Shown: in pieces, positions 38,210 through 47,078 of the stretch
How the letters are laid out: each line of letters opens with the position of its first letter
Position numbering within the stretch: position 1 is the first letter of the stretch
From: Enterobacter phage EC152
Strand: one strand, 5' to 3'
Length of the DNA stretch: 64,000 bases
Sequence record: PP681140.1
Program-made: the position numbers and the translations under genes
The notes under the pieces: generated by a model
Seen by the model: the letters and a program-made list of their open reading frames with translations, nothing else
Databases searched by the model: none
Told to the model about the DNA's origin: nothing

Positions 38210-38902
38210 CTACTTGTTTTCTTGATAGAAAGCCTCTGCAAAACCACGAGGCGTACAGCTACGGATGTTCTTAGTCTGAATAGACTTGCCGCCACACTTT
38301 CTCCATCCGGGATTATCTTTGTGCAATTCCTTCACAGGAAGCTTTGTAGGCTGTTTTGCACCATTACCCATCCAAATGCATGTCTTCTTGTTGTACGCGT
38401 CCTGTGGAGGGTATACATGCGGATATAAAGGGTGTACGTCATCGGGAGGCAAATACCCGCCGTAATCCTTTGGATCAAACATGTAATCTGGTTTGCGATA
38501 CATCGAGGAAAGAACACCAACTGGGTTCTCAAAAGCCCAAGGAACGCCGCATTCATTACCCAATTTCTCTACAAGCAGGCATAACTCCATTGCTTCCTTC
38601 TGGAAGTTTGGATTAGCAGCGCGTTTTTTAGCCCAATGTCTTGAACCTGCATTGGTTAGGTGAGTACACTCTGGGAAGCCAAAGACGAGGTGAACACCTT
38701 CACCAACCATCTCTGCGATCTCTGATGCCTGCTCGTTAGTTTTGTCGTGGAAGAACCACATACCAACCTTAACCAGGTTACCCTCTCGGTGAATGCCGGG
38801 GGAATGTTGACCATCAAAAGTCCAGACTTCATAGCCAGCCCTTAACCAGGGCTGTGCCATTACCGAGGTGTAATCATAAAGAATTATGATCTTCTTTGTC
38901 AA
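38210..38902 (-). CDS. divergent C5-cytosine methyltransferase-like protein lacking canonical motif I
   Basis: 230 aa; FGFPECTHLTNAGSRHWAKKR resembles motif IV (GFPCQ…AG.R) and AFENPVG resembles motif VI (ENV); no FxGxGG. Confidence 0.35.
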   Translation of the reverse strand: MTKKIIILYDYTSVMAQPWLRAGYEVWTFDGQHSPGIHREGNLVKVGMWFFHDKTNEQASEIAEMVGEGVHLVFGFPECTHLTNAGSRHWAKKRAANPNFQKEAMELCLLVEKLGNECGVPWAFENPVGVLSSMYRKPDYMFDPKDYGGYLPPDDVHPLYPHVYPPQDAYNKKTCIWMGNGAKQPTKLPVKELHKDNPGWRKCGGKSIQTKNIRSCTPRGFAEAFYQENK

Positions 38903-38912
38903 TCAACCTCCA

Positions 38913-39194
38913 TCAATGAAGAACATTACCGCTGTTTACAGGAACAACAGCGCCATTCTCAAGCTTGTATTTCTGCTGAGGTGATCGGGTTTGATGATCC
39001 GTTTCACCACCAATCAACATGTTGATATTGTGCGTGGTTCGCACCAGGGTGTAGTTCAAATACCCATCAGCTTCGTGCTGTGATGCAATGGTGAAACCCT
39101 CGTCCAGCAGATCAGCCAGTTCAGCCTCGATATCTGCCTTTTCCCGTTCGCTGATTTTGAATTCAACAAGACGGACGGTATTCTTTCCAGCCAT
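38913..39194 (-). CDS. hypothetical protein
   Basis: ATG 39194 with GAGGAG SD. Confidence 0.5.
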   Translation of the reverse strand: MAGKNTVRLVEFKISEREKADIEAELADLLDEGFTIASQHEADGYLNYTLVRTTHNINMLIGGETDHQTRSPQQKYKLENGAVVPVNSGNVLH

Positions 39195-39475
39195 TAAAAG
39201 CTCTCCTCTCGTTCGAAACAACCTTCAATTTCTGCATTACGCAGATGTTCACGTAGGTGATGGTACAGGACATTATTTGGAATGTCAACGTAGATCTGGG
39301 AGTTGCTTTTGAATACAGCATAATACTCTAACTCCTGGAAACCGTTATAGTCCCAGTCGCTCTCTTTACTGTAGAAGTCTGGCTTCTGAACAGTATAAAG
39401 TGCTTCTACCACCACAGCACCGTGATCAGGATGGTCGTACTCGAACTCAATCTCTACCTTCTGCGGTTTAATCAT
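39194..39475 (-). CDS. hypothetical protein
   Basis: 93 aa. Confidence 0.5.
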   Translation of the reverse strand: MIKPQKVEIEFEYDHPDHGAVVVEALYTVQKPDFYSKESDWDYNGFQELEYYAVFKSNSQIYVDIPNNVLYHHLREHLRNAEIEGCFEREESF

Positions 39476-39963
39476 ATTGCCATCTCCAGATCGGACTTCA
39501 GTTGCTCATTCTCTTCGATCAATGCCTTGATGAAGTAAATCATGTGGGTTGCTGCGCTGTTGCAGCCATTGCGGTTAAGTTCATCGCTTACACGGTCCTT
39601 AACTTCCTTACCGTAACCATCAAGCCCATCTTTCACATAGGAACTCACAGACCTCCACGCGTTGCTTTGGCTAACACGAGAGTCTAACTCATTCAGCAGG
39701 CGCAGGATGTTCTCAGGACAAGCGGTAGCGATGTACGTTGCATCAACATCGTTATTCCACTGGGACAGATTACCTGTGCTCGCATGGCGTACCGCAGGCC
39801 CCATATTTGGGTCAGTAATGAAGACAGTCTCCATGTTTTTATCATCAGAGAAAGCCACCATAGAATGACCGTGAGAGTCAATCCACCACTGACCGGGTGT
39901 TGCATCCTTTGCGAGGCGCTCCAGATCCTCACGGAGCTTCTCGATTGAACGTTCCTTATTCAT
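39472..39963 (-). CDS. hypothetical protein
   Basis: ATG 39963 with GAGGG SD; 8-nt overlap with upstream gene. Confidence 0.5.
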   Translation of the reverse strand: MNKERSIEKLREDLERLAKDATPGQWWIDSHGHSMVAFSDDKNMETVFITDPNMGPAVRHASTGNLSQWNNDVDATYIATACPENILRLLNELDSRVSQSNAWRSVSSYVKDGLDGYGKEVKDRVSDELNRNGCNSAATHMIYFIKALIEENEQLKSDLEMAI

Positions 39964-40279
39964 TTTCAGCACCCTCATAACGGGACATTGTTAACTGTGT
40001 GATGCCAAGAGCCACAGGCTCAGTGGTATCTACCACAAAGGTAACAGTCAGGTCATCTGTAGATTTAGAATCACTCAGATCCACAACGATAAAGTCACCC
40101 ACTTCCGGTGCGTCAGCGCCCATATCGAGGAAAACAACAGCCTCAGCATATTCACCATCACCGATCACACGGAGCGTGATATCGTTACCAGGCCCACGGG
40201 TGGTAAAGTCGTATACACGCACCTGCTTAGGCGCTTCATCTTCTTTGGCAAACAGCCAGTTAAACAGCTTTTTCAGCAT
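39956..40279 (-). CDS. hypothetical protein
   Basis: 107 aa; AAGGAG SD. Confidence 0.55.
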   Translation of the reverse strand: MLKKLFNWLFAKEDEAPKQVRVYDFTTRGPGNDITLRVIGDGEYAEAVVFLDMGADAPEVGDFIVVDLSDSKSTDDLTVTFVVDTTEPVALGITQLTMSRYEGAENE

Positions 40280-40439
40280 TCTTCCGCTCCTTCAGTTCAT
40301 TCTCGATATCGTTCAAACGATTCCATGCTTCAAGCTCTGCCTGTTGCACCTCGTCGTGATAATCGCGAGCAACGTCACGCAGTTTTAATAGCTTCTCTGT
40401 GGAAACCTTGCTCAGGTCAGTAAAGTCTTCAACCTGCAT
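40260..40439 (-). CDS. 59-aa helical protein (MQVEDFTDLSKVSTEKLLKLRDVARDYHDEVQQAELEAW…), below ORF-track cutoff
   Basis: AGGAG SD 7 nt before ATG 40439; fills a 160-nt gap. Confidence 0.45.
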   Translation of the reverse strand: MQVEDFTDLSKVSTEKLLKLRDVARDYHDEVQQAELEAWNRLNDIENELKERKNAEKAV

Positions 40440-40440
40440 T

Positions 40441-40950
40441 TTATTCTCCTTCTTTGTTTACAAGACCATCGTCAAATGGAATACCGAAGTATTCACTATT
40501 CAGGTCATCGCAGAATTCTACCCATTTTTTCTGGGATTTAATGCCGCTACCATCGTTGCCCCATTTCTTGTCTCGCTGGATAGCGACTTGCTGCACAATG
40601 CGGTTAGTCAAGGCGAACGCCATACGATTGCTCATACGACGAAGTGGGTTACCACGATAATCACCAGCGTTGTGCATATGCACCGCATCTTCCAGAGAGA
40701 TGTTTACCGGGAGAGAGGTGATATCGTTGTTGAATGCACGGACGTAGCCGAAACGACCATCGGTGATGTTAGGATACTCAGGCAAACGACGAGGGACGTA
40801 ACCAAAGGCAGACATCATCTCGTCAAGAGAGGCCATTTGGATGTGAACGGTGTCCATTGCCTTTTCTGCACGGAGACCGGACATTGAGTTCCAGTCTTCA
40901 ATTTCCTTACGGAATTTTTTAGCCAACTCTAAACGAGAAAATGATGCCAT
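40441..40950 (-). CDS. hypothetical protein
   Basis: 169 aa; AGGAG SD. Confidence 0.55.
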   Translation of the reverse strand: MASFSRLELAKKFRKEIEDWNSMSGLRAEKAMDTVHIQMASLDEMMSAFGYVPRRLPEYPNITDGRFGYVRAFNNDITSLPVNISLEDAVHMHNAGDYRGNPLRRMSNRMAFALTNRIVQQVAIQRDKKWGNDGSGIKSQKKWVEFCDDLNSEYFGIPFDDGLVNKEGE

Positions 40951-40961
40951 GATTTTATCTC

Positions 40962-42269
40962 CTATTTGCCAGGGAAAGTTCTTTCGTAGAAGTCTACAAT
41001 ACGTTGGTCAACAATGATATCTTTTTCTTTGACCTTACGCAAGAGTCTTAAACCGTTTGCTGTTGTCGCACGACTGAAGGCAACATATGCCATTCCGGGT
41101 GCGAATGCGCCATACCCAAAGTCTATATTAAGTAGCGGCAATGTCAAGCCCTGAGCTTTATGAATTGTTACCGCCCATCCAAGACGAATAGGGAGAGCAC
41201 GATACTCACCAATGGTGATCTTCTCCAACTCTTCAGTAACAGTTCCATCAGGATTACGAACCTTGATCGGGTTGTATTCAACATTCTCCCACACATGAGG
41301 CTCAACATCAACAACTTTCCCACACTCAAGACGGACTTTGATACCCTCTTTTCCAAGCTCAATCACTTCACCACGAGAACCGTTGACATATTCAGGCTCT
41401 TCAAAACCTTTCGGGTCATTCACAGTGATCATGACCTTAGCCCCTTCCTTCAGATACAACTCCTCCGGGACAGGTTTTTGGGTAAAATCACCCTGCTTCT
41501 TCGCAGTGTAGAGCACCGGAAGTCCGGGAACCTCTTCAAAACGCTTCCTGTTGACCTTTTCCGCAGCAGCATTCGTAGATGTGATAGTGATTGCGTCAGG
41601 TATTGCTTCTCCACCACGATAACAAACACCGTTCAGTTCCCTCACAATCTCCGGAATACGTTGACCACGACGAAGCAGGTTAAGAATATCGGAAAAGCGA
41701 CGGCTGTTCTGACGATAAATCTTCTCAAGAAGCACCGGGTAAGGGTTAAGCTCTTGCCAGGTGTCAGAGAAACAACACAATTCCGTTGGGTGGAACTGGA
41801 AGTACATCTCCTTCTCCGAATCTGTGAGTACAGGTGGGTTCTGGAAGAAGTCTCCGAACATGCAGATCTGCAAGCCACCAAAAGGTTTATTTGGTTGTCT
41901 ACGTGCAGCACGACACTTCATGTCCATTTCCCACAGCTTGTCAGCACGGAACATACTGATCTCATCAATGATGATGATCTTTAATGCTTTACTTTTCAGC
42001 AGTCTTTTTACTTTCGGCTTTAGTTCTTCAGCATCTTTCTGAGTCGCAACACCCATTGATAATCTAAACGCCCGGTGAGCCGTCATACCATCAACGTTAA
42101 TGGCAGCAGCCCCCGTGGGGGCTACAGTTAAAACGGAACCGGCGTAAAGAGATTGGATGGTCTTAATGGTGTAGCTTTTGCCACTACCTCCGGGACCCGT
42201 AACGAATACGTTGTCACCGGACATGATAGCACCAAGGGCTGCTTCAACGCCCACACCAAAATCAGACAT
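40962..42269 (-). CDS. dda: Dda/RecD-like superfamily-1 DNA helicase
   Basis: 435 aa; Walker A VFVTGPGGSGKSY; Walker B IIIIDEISM. Confidence 0.7.
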   Translation of the reverse strand: MSDFGVGVEAALGAIMSGDNVFVTGPGGSGKSYTIKTIQSLYAGSVLTVAPTGAAAINVDGMTAHRAFRLSMGVATQKDAEELKPKVKRLLKSKALKIIIIDEISMFRADKLWEMDMKCRAARRQPNKPFGGLQICMFGDFFQNPPVLTDSEKEMYFQFHPTELCCFSDTWQELNPYPVLLEKIYRQNSRRFSDILNLLRRGQRIPEIVRELNGVCYRGGEAIPDAITITSTNAAAEKVNRKRFEEVPGLPVLYTAKKQGDFTQKPVPEELYLKEGAKVMITVNDPKGFEEPEYVNGSRGEVIELGKEGIKVRLECGKVVDVEPHVWENVEYNPIKVRNPDGTVTEELEKITIGEYRALPIRLGWAVTIHKAQGLTLPLLNIDFGYGAFAPGMAYVAFSRATTANGLRLLRKVKEKDIIVDQRIVDFYERTFPGK

Positions 42270-43555
42270 CAATCCTCCTTAGTTTCTTCTTCCAGATAGA
42301 TTTCTTCCAGGATCTCTCCTGCTGAACCTATGACCAGTACATCGGGAGCACCAACTGGTTTCGGGGTTCCTGTCAACACCTCATAACGACAGCAACGGCA
42401 CTTCTGCTGGTTGTAGTCGTAAGGGACACTTACAACATCAGCCGGGTTTACAGCTACTTCGATCAGGTTATTACCTGCGAAGCCGCCTGCGTATTCCAGA
42501 GAGGCAATGTGCAGACCTTGGCTACAAGAGACGCTTGGGTTATCTTCCACCATGTTTCGTGGCATAGAGATAATCTGGCCTTTGTAGTTAGGAACCTTCC
42601 CGGTGCGAGTATCACGAGGACCATTACTGGTGTTTGTGATCTTTTTATACGCCTTAACATCACCGTTCTCAAGGATCTCAAGATCATTGTGCTGGATAAA
42701 GTCATACAACATTTTCACAGAAGCATAAGACGGGTTGTGCATCAGCTTCTGCATGAACTTCACATAGCGCTCATCGAAAGTATCATTGTCGATATCGTTG
42801 AGGATACGTTTTGCAAGAGTGGTCTCTTGCTTCTGCCCGTGCCAGTACAGAACACCATCAAGAAGCTTCAAATCTGGACCGAGATCAACAACCTTTTCTG
42901 CCTTGAACTCTTGACCTGCACAGATCAATTCGATAGCACCCTGAATGTCACCTTCAATCAGCAACAGACCCACATCTGGGAAGATTGCATTGTCACGGTT
43001 GATCGTGTACTGATGACCAGTCGGCATCGAGATGCAAACGTTACCAAGAGTCATGATGACCACAGGGTCTTTCTTCTCAGTCAGTTCCTCAACTAAGTGC
43101 GGAGAGGCATCAGCTTTCTCCACAACCACATTTACAGGAACTTTATGCGGTTCAGGTAACAGTGTGACTGTTGCTTCAATATGCAGATCAGTTACTTCGA
43201 AAGTGACTTCCCAGCGTTTACCCTGCTTACCAAGATCCTTTACCACACCCTCGTGCTTGTCGCGACCGTCAGAGGTTTTTGCATGGTCGATAATCTTAGC
43301 ATTCTTTTTGCCCTTTGCAAAGTCACGGGCTTCACCACGACTTGCAAAGAACATAGAGGACTGAGCAGGGACGGCTTCAGAGGTGAAGCTCATATCCACT
43401 TTAGGGGGCTTGGAAGCCCCTTGGCTATCTTTCGGTACAACCATCCAGCGCCCGGTAGCGAGGACAGCAGGGGACAGCCCACGGTCAACAACCTTCATGC
43501 CGTTCTCTGCTGCAAACTTACGTGCCGCGCTGCGGGATTCAAATAAATCAGTCAT
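42269..43555 (-). CDS. rIIB: rIIB-like protein
   Basis: 428 aa; C-terminal CSQGLH…VNPADVVSVPYDYNQQKCRCCRYEV matches conserved T4 rIIB C-terminus (CSRGLH…VVSIPIDYND…C.YEV); ATGA-coupled to rIIA. Confidence 0.6.
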   Translation of the reverse strand: MTDLFESRSAARKFAAENGMKVVDRGLSPAVLATGRWMVVPKDSQGASKPPKVDMSFTSEAVPAQSSMFFASRGEARDFAKGKKNAKIIDHAKTSDGRDKHEGVVKDLGKQGKRWEVTFEVTDLHIEATVTLLPEPHKVPVNVVVEKADASPHLVEELTEKKDPVVIMTLGNVCISMPTGHQYTINRDNAIFPDVGLLLIEGDIQGAIELICAGQEFKAEKVVDLGPDLKLLDGVLYWHGQKQETTLAKRILNDIDNDTFDERYVKFMQKLMHNPSYASVKMLYDFIQHNDLEILENGDVKAYKKITNTSNGPRDTRTGKVPNYKGQIISMPRNMVEDNPSVSCSQGLHIASLEYAGGFAGNNLIEVAVNPADVVSVPYDYNQQKCRCCRYEVLTGTPKPVGAPDVLVIGSAGEILEEIYLEEETKED

Positions 43556-45546
43556 TTGGTTTCTCCTTTGCTATCAATAAATTGTCGATACTCAACCATC
43601 TCTGGCGAGTTAAAGTGCTTCAGATCAACGTACTTCAGAAGCGGATACTTGGCCTTTTTAGCAGCAAGCAGTTTCTTACCGATCCGGGTACGTGCCTTGA
43701 CGATGCGCTCCGCTTTTCTTTCAATATCATAGTAACCCCTGATATTAGAGAGGGATAGAGACATATTGACCTTTTGCACATATTCAGGGTCTTTCTTAAC
43801 TTCCACACCGAACACCGCCAGGTTATTGACCAGCAGCTTGTAGTCCGTTGTCTTGGTCAATTCCTTCAGATGATATTCCATGAGGTTTGTTTTAGCAAGC
43901 TCATATAAATCATCGCGGTCAATGATGCGGGTTTCATCAGGCAACCACCCTACCCGGTTCAGCGGGACGATGTACAGCTTCCCAGTGATACCAAGGTCTT
44001 TCAGGAAGGTATCGGACTGCTTACGTCTGTGAGTTAACCCAGAAACAGCACCCAGAGGGCAATCACCCTTCACCTGACCACCACTATAGATCATGGCAAC
44101 GTCGATGTCATCAAAATCCGCACGGGAGATGCGGTTGTGACGGATTGAACCGTCTTGCTCAATAATCCACACAGCGTGACCCGGTTCATACAGGCTATAG
44201 CCACCGTACTTTTTCTCACCTTTAACAACCGGACGTTTTTCCAGGTCAGAGAGTTTGAAGACCATGCCGACAAAGAACGGGTCATCGAGGATCTGTAAGG
44301 CCTCTGGCAGTTCGGTGACGTACACACGCTTAAAGCGCTTCTCAGACAGCCAGTTACACTTAGTACGGATGCACTTACCATCATCGTTGTATACCAGTGG
44401 TGAGCCGTTCATTAGGTCAGAATAACCGTAATCCCGGCCTGTTTCACGACGGGTGCCTTTTTCACCATAGGAGATACACTTCTCGATCTTGAACGTTCCG
44501 AAATGCTCCTTGAACTTGTCTGCAATGAATCCAGACCCATAACGGTTGGAGAAATAACCCCCAACACGCTTCATGTATTCAAGCACTTCTTTCAATGTGG
44601 TGAGCTTTTTGAGTTCTTCCACGACTTCGCTGCCGCGCTTTTCAATAGCCTCGGTAACAAACTTCTCAAGGCGATCACGGAAGCCACGGTCATTCTTCCC
44701 TTCAATCGTCCACTCACGACCTGGGTTCACATCACAATCCCCGATAGGGATGGAAACCATCATCATAGGCCAGTCTTTATGGCTGGACAAGAAGTTGGAC
44801 AGGTACGGTTGTTGTCCCATAACCACAACGCTGTCGGAGTTTTTGGATACAGACCCATACATCTCCAGCAGCCAACCACTGTCTTTATCTTCATAACGGT
44901 ACTGCACCGGGTAGGTACGGTCGTTAAGTTCAGACGTGACGAATGGGTCATTGATCTCAAACGGGAACTTAGCGTACCGCAGGCATTTTACAATGGCCTG
45001 ACGATATTTGTAAGTCTCGGAAGGATCGACGTTGAATTTTATTTCAACACCATTTTCCTCTTCTGTTTGTGATTCGTGCAGAGGAACAACCTCCGGGATA
45101 CCCTCGTTCTTGTGAACAGAGTAAACAGTTTTAATCCCGTCCTTAATCGACGTGACCGTAAACATATCCGTCACAGTAAACGGAGCTTTAGACCCGATAC
45201 CTTTTGCACCAATCAGGTCGTTAGAATCACGCTTGGTGGAAGACCCCAACATCATGAAGGTCTGGGTGACCATATTGAAATCCATACCAAGCCCTGAATC
45301 ACGCACAGAATACCACGGTTCGAGGTCGGTTGGAGAGTGGATGACAATCGCTTTCTCACGGCACCCAGCCTCCGTGTGTGAGTCTACGGCGTTGAACAGC
45401 GGTTCACGCACCGCAGCCAGAACTTTATCATTATAAATACCGTCGATCAGAATGCTGAAAGTCTCAGCATTGATTGCGATCCCAGCCTGATAGCGCTGTA
45501 CGCTACCCGTTACCTGGACCTTCTCTTCGGCACGTTGGATTATCAT
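43552..45546 (-). CDS. rIIA: rIIA-like protein with N-terminal GHKL (HSP90/histidine-kinase-like) ATPase domain
   Basis: 664 aa; N box REPLFNAVDSH, G1 VRDSGLGMD, G2 GAKGIGSKA; GAGGAG SD. Confidence 0.65.
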   Translation of the reverse strand: MIIQRAEEKVQVTGSVQRYQAGIAINAETFSILIDGIYNDKVLAAVREPLFNAVDSHTEAGCREKAIVIHSPTDLEPWYSVRDSGLGMDFNMVTQTFMMLGSSTKRDSNDLIGAKGIGSKAPFTVTDMFTVTSIKDGIKTVYSVHKNEGIPEVVPLHESQTEEENGVEIKFNVDPSETYKYRQAIVKCLRYAKFPFEINDPFVTSELNDRTYPVQYRYEDKDSGWLLEMYGSVSKNSDSVVVMGQQPYLSNFLSSHKDWPMMMVSIPIGDCDVNPGREWTIEGKNDRGFRDRLEKFVTEAIEKRGSEVVEELKKLTTLKEVLEYMKRVGGYFSNRYGSGFIADKFKEHFGTFKIEKCISYGEKGTRRETGRDYGYSDLMNGSPLVYNDDGKCIRTKCNWLSEKRFKRVYVTELPEALQILDDPFFVGMVFKLSDLEKRPVVKGEKKYGGYSLYEPGHAVWIIEQDGSIRHNRISRADFDDIDVAMIYSGGQVKGDCPLGAVSGLTHRRKQSDTFLKDLGITGKLYIVPLNRVGWLPDETRIIDRDDLYELAKTNLMEYHLKELTKTTDYKLLVNNLAVFGVEVKKDPEYVQKVNMSLSLSNIRGYYDIERKAERIVKARTRIGKKLLAAKKAKYPLLKYVDLKHFNSPEMVEYRQFIDSKGETK

Positions 45547-45557
45547 CCGTTTCTCCT

Positions 45558-45731
45558 CTATTTGCAGTTATTTATGGGGTTTCTTTTGCGAGCCTTCCGC
45601 ACGATGTAGATACCTGCCAGCAGGCCAAGAGCGTAAGCTCCAGACACTTGCTCCCAGAACATCCATTGAGTTAAAGACAGTATCACAAGATATGGGATAA
45701 TGCAAACACAAAGTAGCAAAATACTCTTCAT
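45558..45731 (-). CDS. 57-aa single-TM protein, candidate holin/antiholin
   Basis: start moved to ATG 45731 (AGGGAG SD) from track ORF 45558..45785; immediately downstream of secreted PG hydrolase. Confidence 0.4.
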   Translation of the reverse strand: MKSILLLCVCIIPYLVILSLTQWMFWEQVSGAYALGLLAGIYIVRKARKRNPINNCK

Positions 45732-45735
45732 ACGT

Positions 45736-46266
45736 TCAGGCTCCCTGGGATTCAGGCTTTTCTTTGTAGAAAATGTGGTTATCAATCCTTACAGTGCGAA
45801 TCATAACTTTCGTCCAGTATGGCTTAACCTTCTTTGAGTGATAATACGTAGAACCCTTAGTGATGTCAAGGGCATCGTAAACAATTTTGTTGGTCGTGTG
45901 AATTTTGATCAGAAATGAGGCGAACTCCTTTGCCTTTTCCCAACGCTCCTTTTCGTACACCTTGAAAGAAGAACTACCAGAGGTCCAAGAGAATTGTCCG
46001 GACTGATAGACGATCTTCTTTACGGTGTGTGGGAACTTATCGTTGTCCTTTCGGTTCAGGGTGACAAAGGCGATAGACATCATCCCAGAGTCACTTTCGC
46101 CACGGGCCTCACGATACATATTACATGCCAAGATATTTACCGCTGAATCATCTTTTTTGCATAGATGAATCACCTTGGGCTTCTTTGCGTTGTCTTTAGC
46201 CAGTACAGGCGTGGTGGCTAGAGAAAAAGCACAGGCGGTTGCCAGAATAAGGTTCTTTACTTTCAA
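45736..46266 (-). CDS. secreted SleB/CwlJ-type peptidoglycan hydrolase, candidate signal-peptide endolysin
   Basis: TTG 46266 6 nt after GGAG gives signal peptide MKVKNLILATACAFSLATTPVLA|KD; motif NMYREARGESDSGMMSIAFVTLNR is the SleB/Hydrolase_2 signature. Confidence 0.6.
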   Translation of the reverse strand: MKVKNLILATACAFSLATTPVLAKDNAKKPKVIHLCKKDDSAVNILACNMYREARGESDSGMMSIAFVTLNRKDNDKFPHTVKKIVYQSGQFSWTSGSSSFKVYEKERWEKAKEFASFLIKIHTTNKIVYDALDITKGSTYYHSKKVKPYWTKVMIRTVRIDNHIFYKEKPESQGA

Positions 46267-46280
46267 ATTACGCTCCAAAT

Positions 46281-46304
46281 TAAAAAGCCCCAGGGCAGGG
46301 GCTA
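46281..46304 (-). terminator. rho-independent terminator on minus strand (AGCCCC-TGCCCT-GGGGCT + UUUUU) between bactofilin-like and hydrolase genes
   Basis: stem-loop then T5 reading on the minus strand, directly after stop at 46309. Confidence 0.5.
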
Positions 46305-46308
46305 TCAA

Positions 46309-46719
46309 TTAACGGCGGGAGATATCGCCTGAGACAGTTTTTACATTGCCTTCTATAGTTGCTGCACGTACATCTCCGGACACTGTGGTAACGTCACCAA
46401 GTGCGCCGTTTTCGACATGAACATCACCAGAGGTGGTTTTGATATTACCCGCCACTGTGCCGTATACGTTCACACCGCCAGATACTGTGTGGATATCTCC
46501 GGTATTACCGTGGATCACTATAGTGATGTTCTTTTCTTTTGTGGTTTGTACAAGCTCACCGTTGATGAAGATGTTATCTCCATCTGAGGTGATATTCATG
46601 TTTCCACCCACAATATTACCGTTGATGACTGTGTTGCCATTAATGGTAATAACATTCGATTTTACCACTTTTTCCTCCATTTGTCTTCTTTTGGCATTAC
46701 ACCATTCTCGAAGTCCCAT
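46309..46719 (-). CDS. bactofilin-like (DUF583) beta-helical protein
   Basis: 136 aa; about 110 aa of short beta-strand repeats NGNTVINGNIVGGNMNITSDGDNIFINGELV…GNTGDIHTVSGGVNVYGTVAGNIKTTSGDVHVENGALGDVTTVSGDVRAATIEGNVKTVSGDI, typical of bactofilin polymerising domain. Confidence 0.5.
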   Translation of the reverse strand: MGLREWCNAKRRQMEEKVVKSNVITINGNTVINGNIVGGNMNITSDGDNIFINGELVQTTKEKNITIVIHGNTGDIHTVSGGVNVYGTVAGNIKTTSGDVHVENGALGDVTTVSGDVRAATIEGNVKTVSGDISRR

Positions 46720-46924
46720 CATTCCCTCCGATCACAACAGGGTCAAGAACCAAGTCTGACTCCCCGATAAAGCGCCAACCCATGCTATCAATTGAGTACG
46801 CCCACTCTGCTTTATTATAGTCATCTCCTTCTGACCAATACAATGCCGAGACTGGTGCTACCTTTCCAGTATCCTTATCGCGTACCACATCGCCAATTTT
46901 AAACTTTGGTGTTGTCTGCTGCAT
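46697..46924 (-). CDS. hypothetical protein
   Basis: 75 aa from ATG 46924 with GAGGA SD. Confidence 0.45.
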   Translation of the reverse strand: MQQTTPKFKIGDVVRDKDTGKVAPVSALYWSEGDDYNKAEWAYSIDSMGWRFIGESDLVLDPVVIGGNDGTSRMV

Positions 46925-47078
46925 GAATAATCCTCGTTTTTTGAACTGAGAAGACAAACGTACCATGTTCCTCTACGTATTGTCTACCCATTTCTTCATC
47001 TTCGAAGATAAGGGTTTCAATCTCAGATTTAACTGGCCTGTCTTTAACAGGCCTTGAGGTGCATACAATCAGCGCCAT
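46899..47078 (-). CDS. possible 59-aa protein starting immediately after RNA ligase stop
   Basis: ATG 47078 abuts TAA of 47079..48125; protein-like composition; weak SD. Confidence 0.25.
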   Translation of the reverse strand: MALIVCTSRPVKDRPVKSEIETLIFEDEEMGRQYVEEHGTFVFSVQKTRIIHAADNTKV

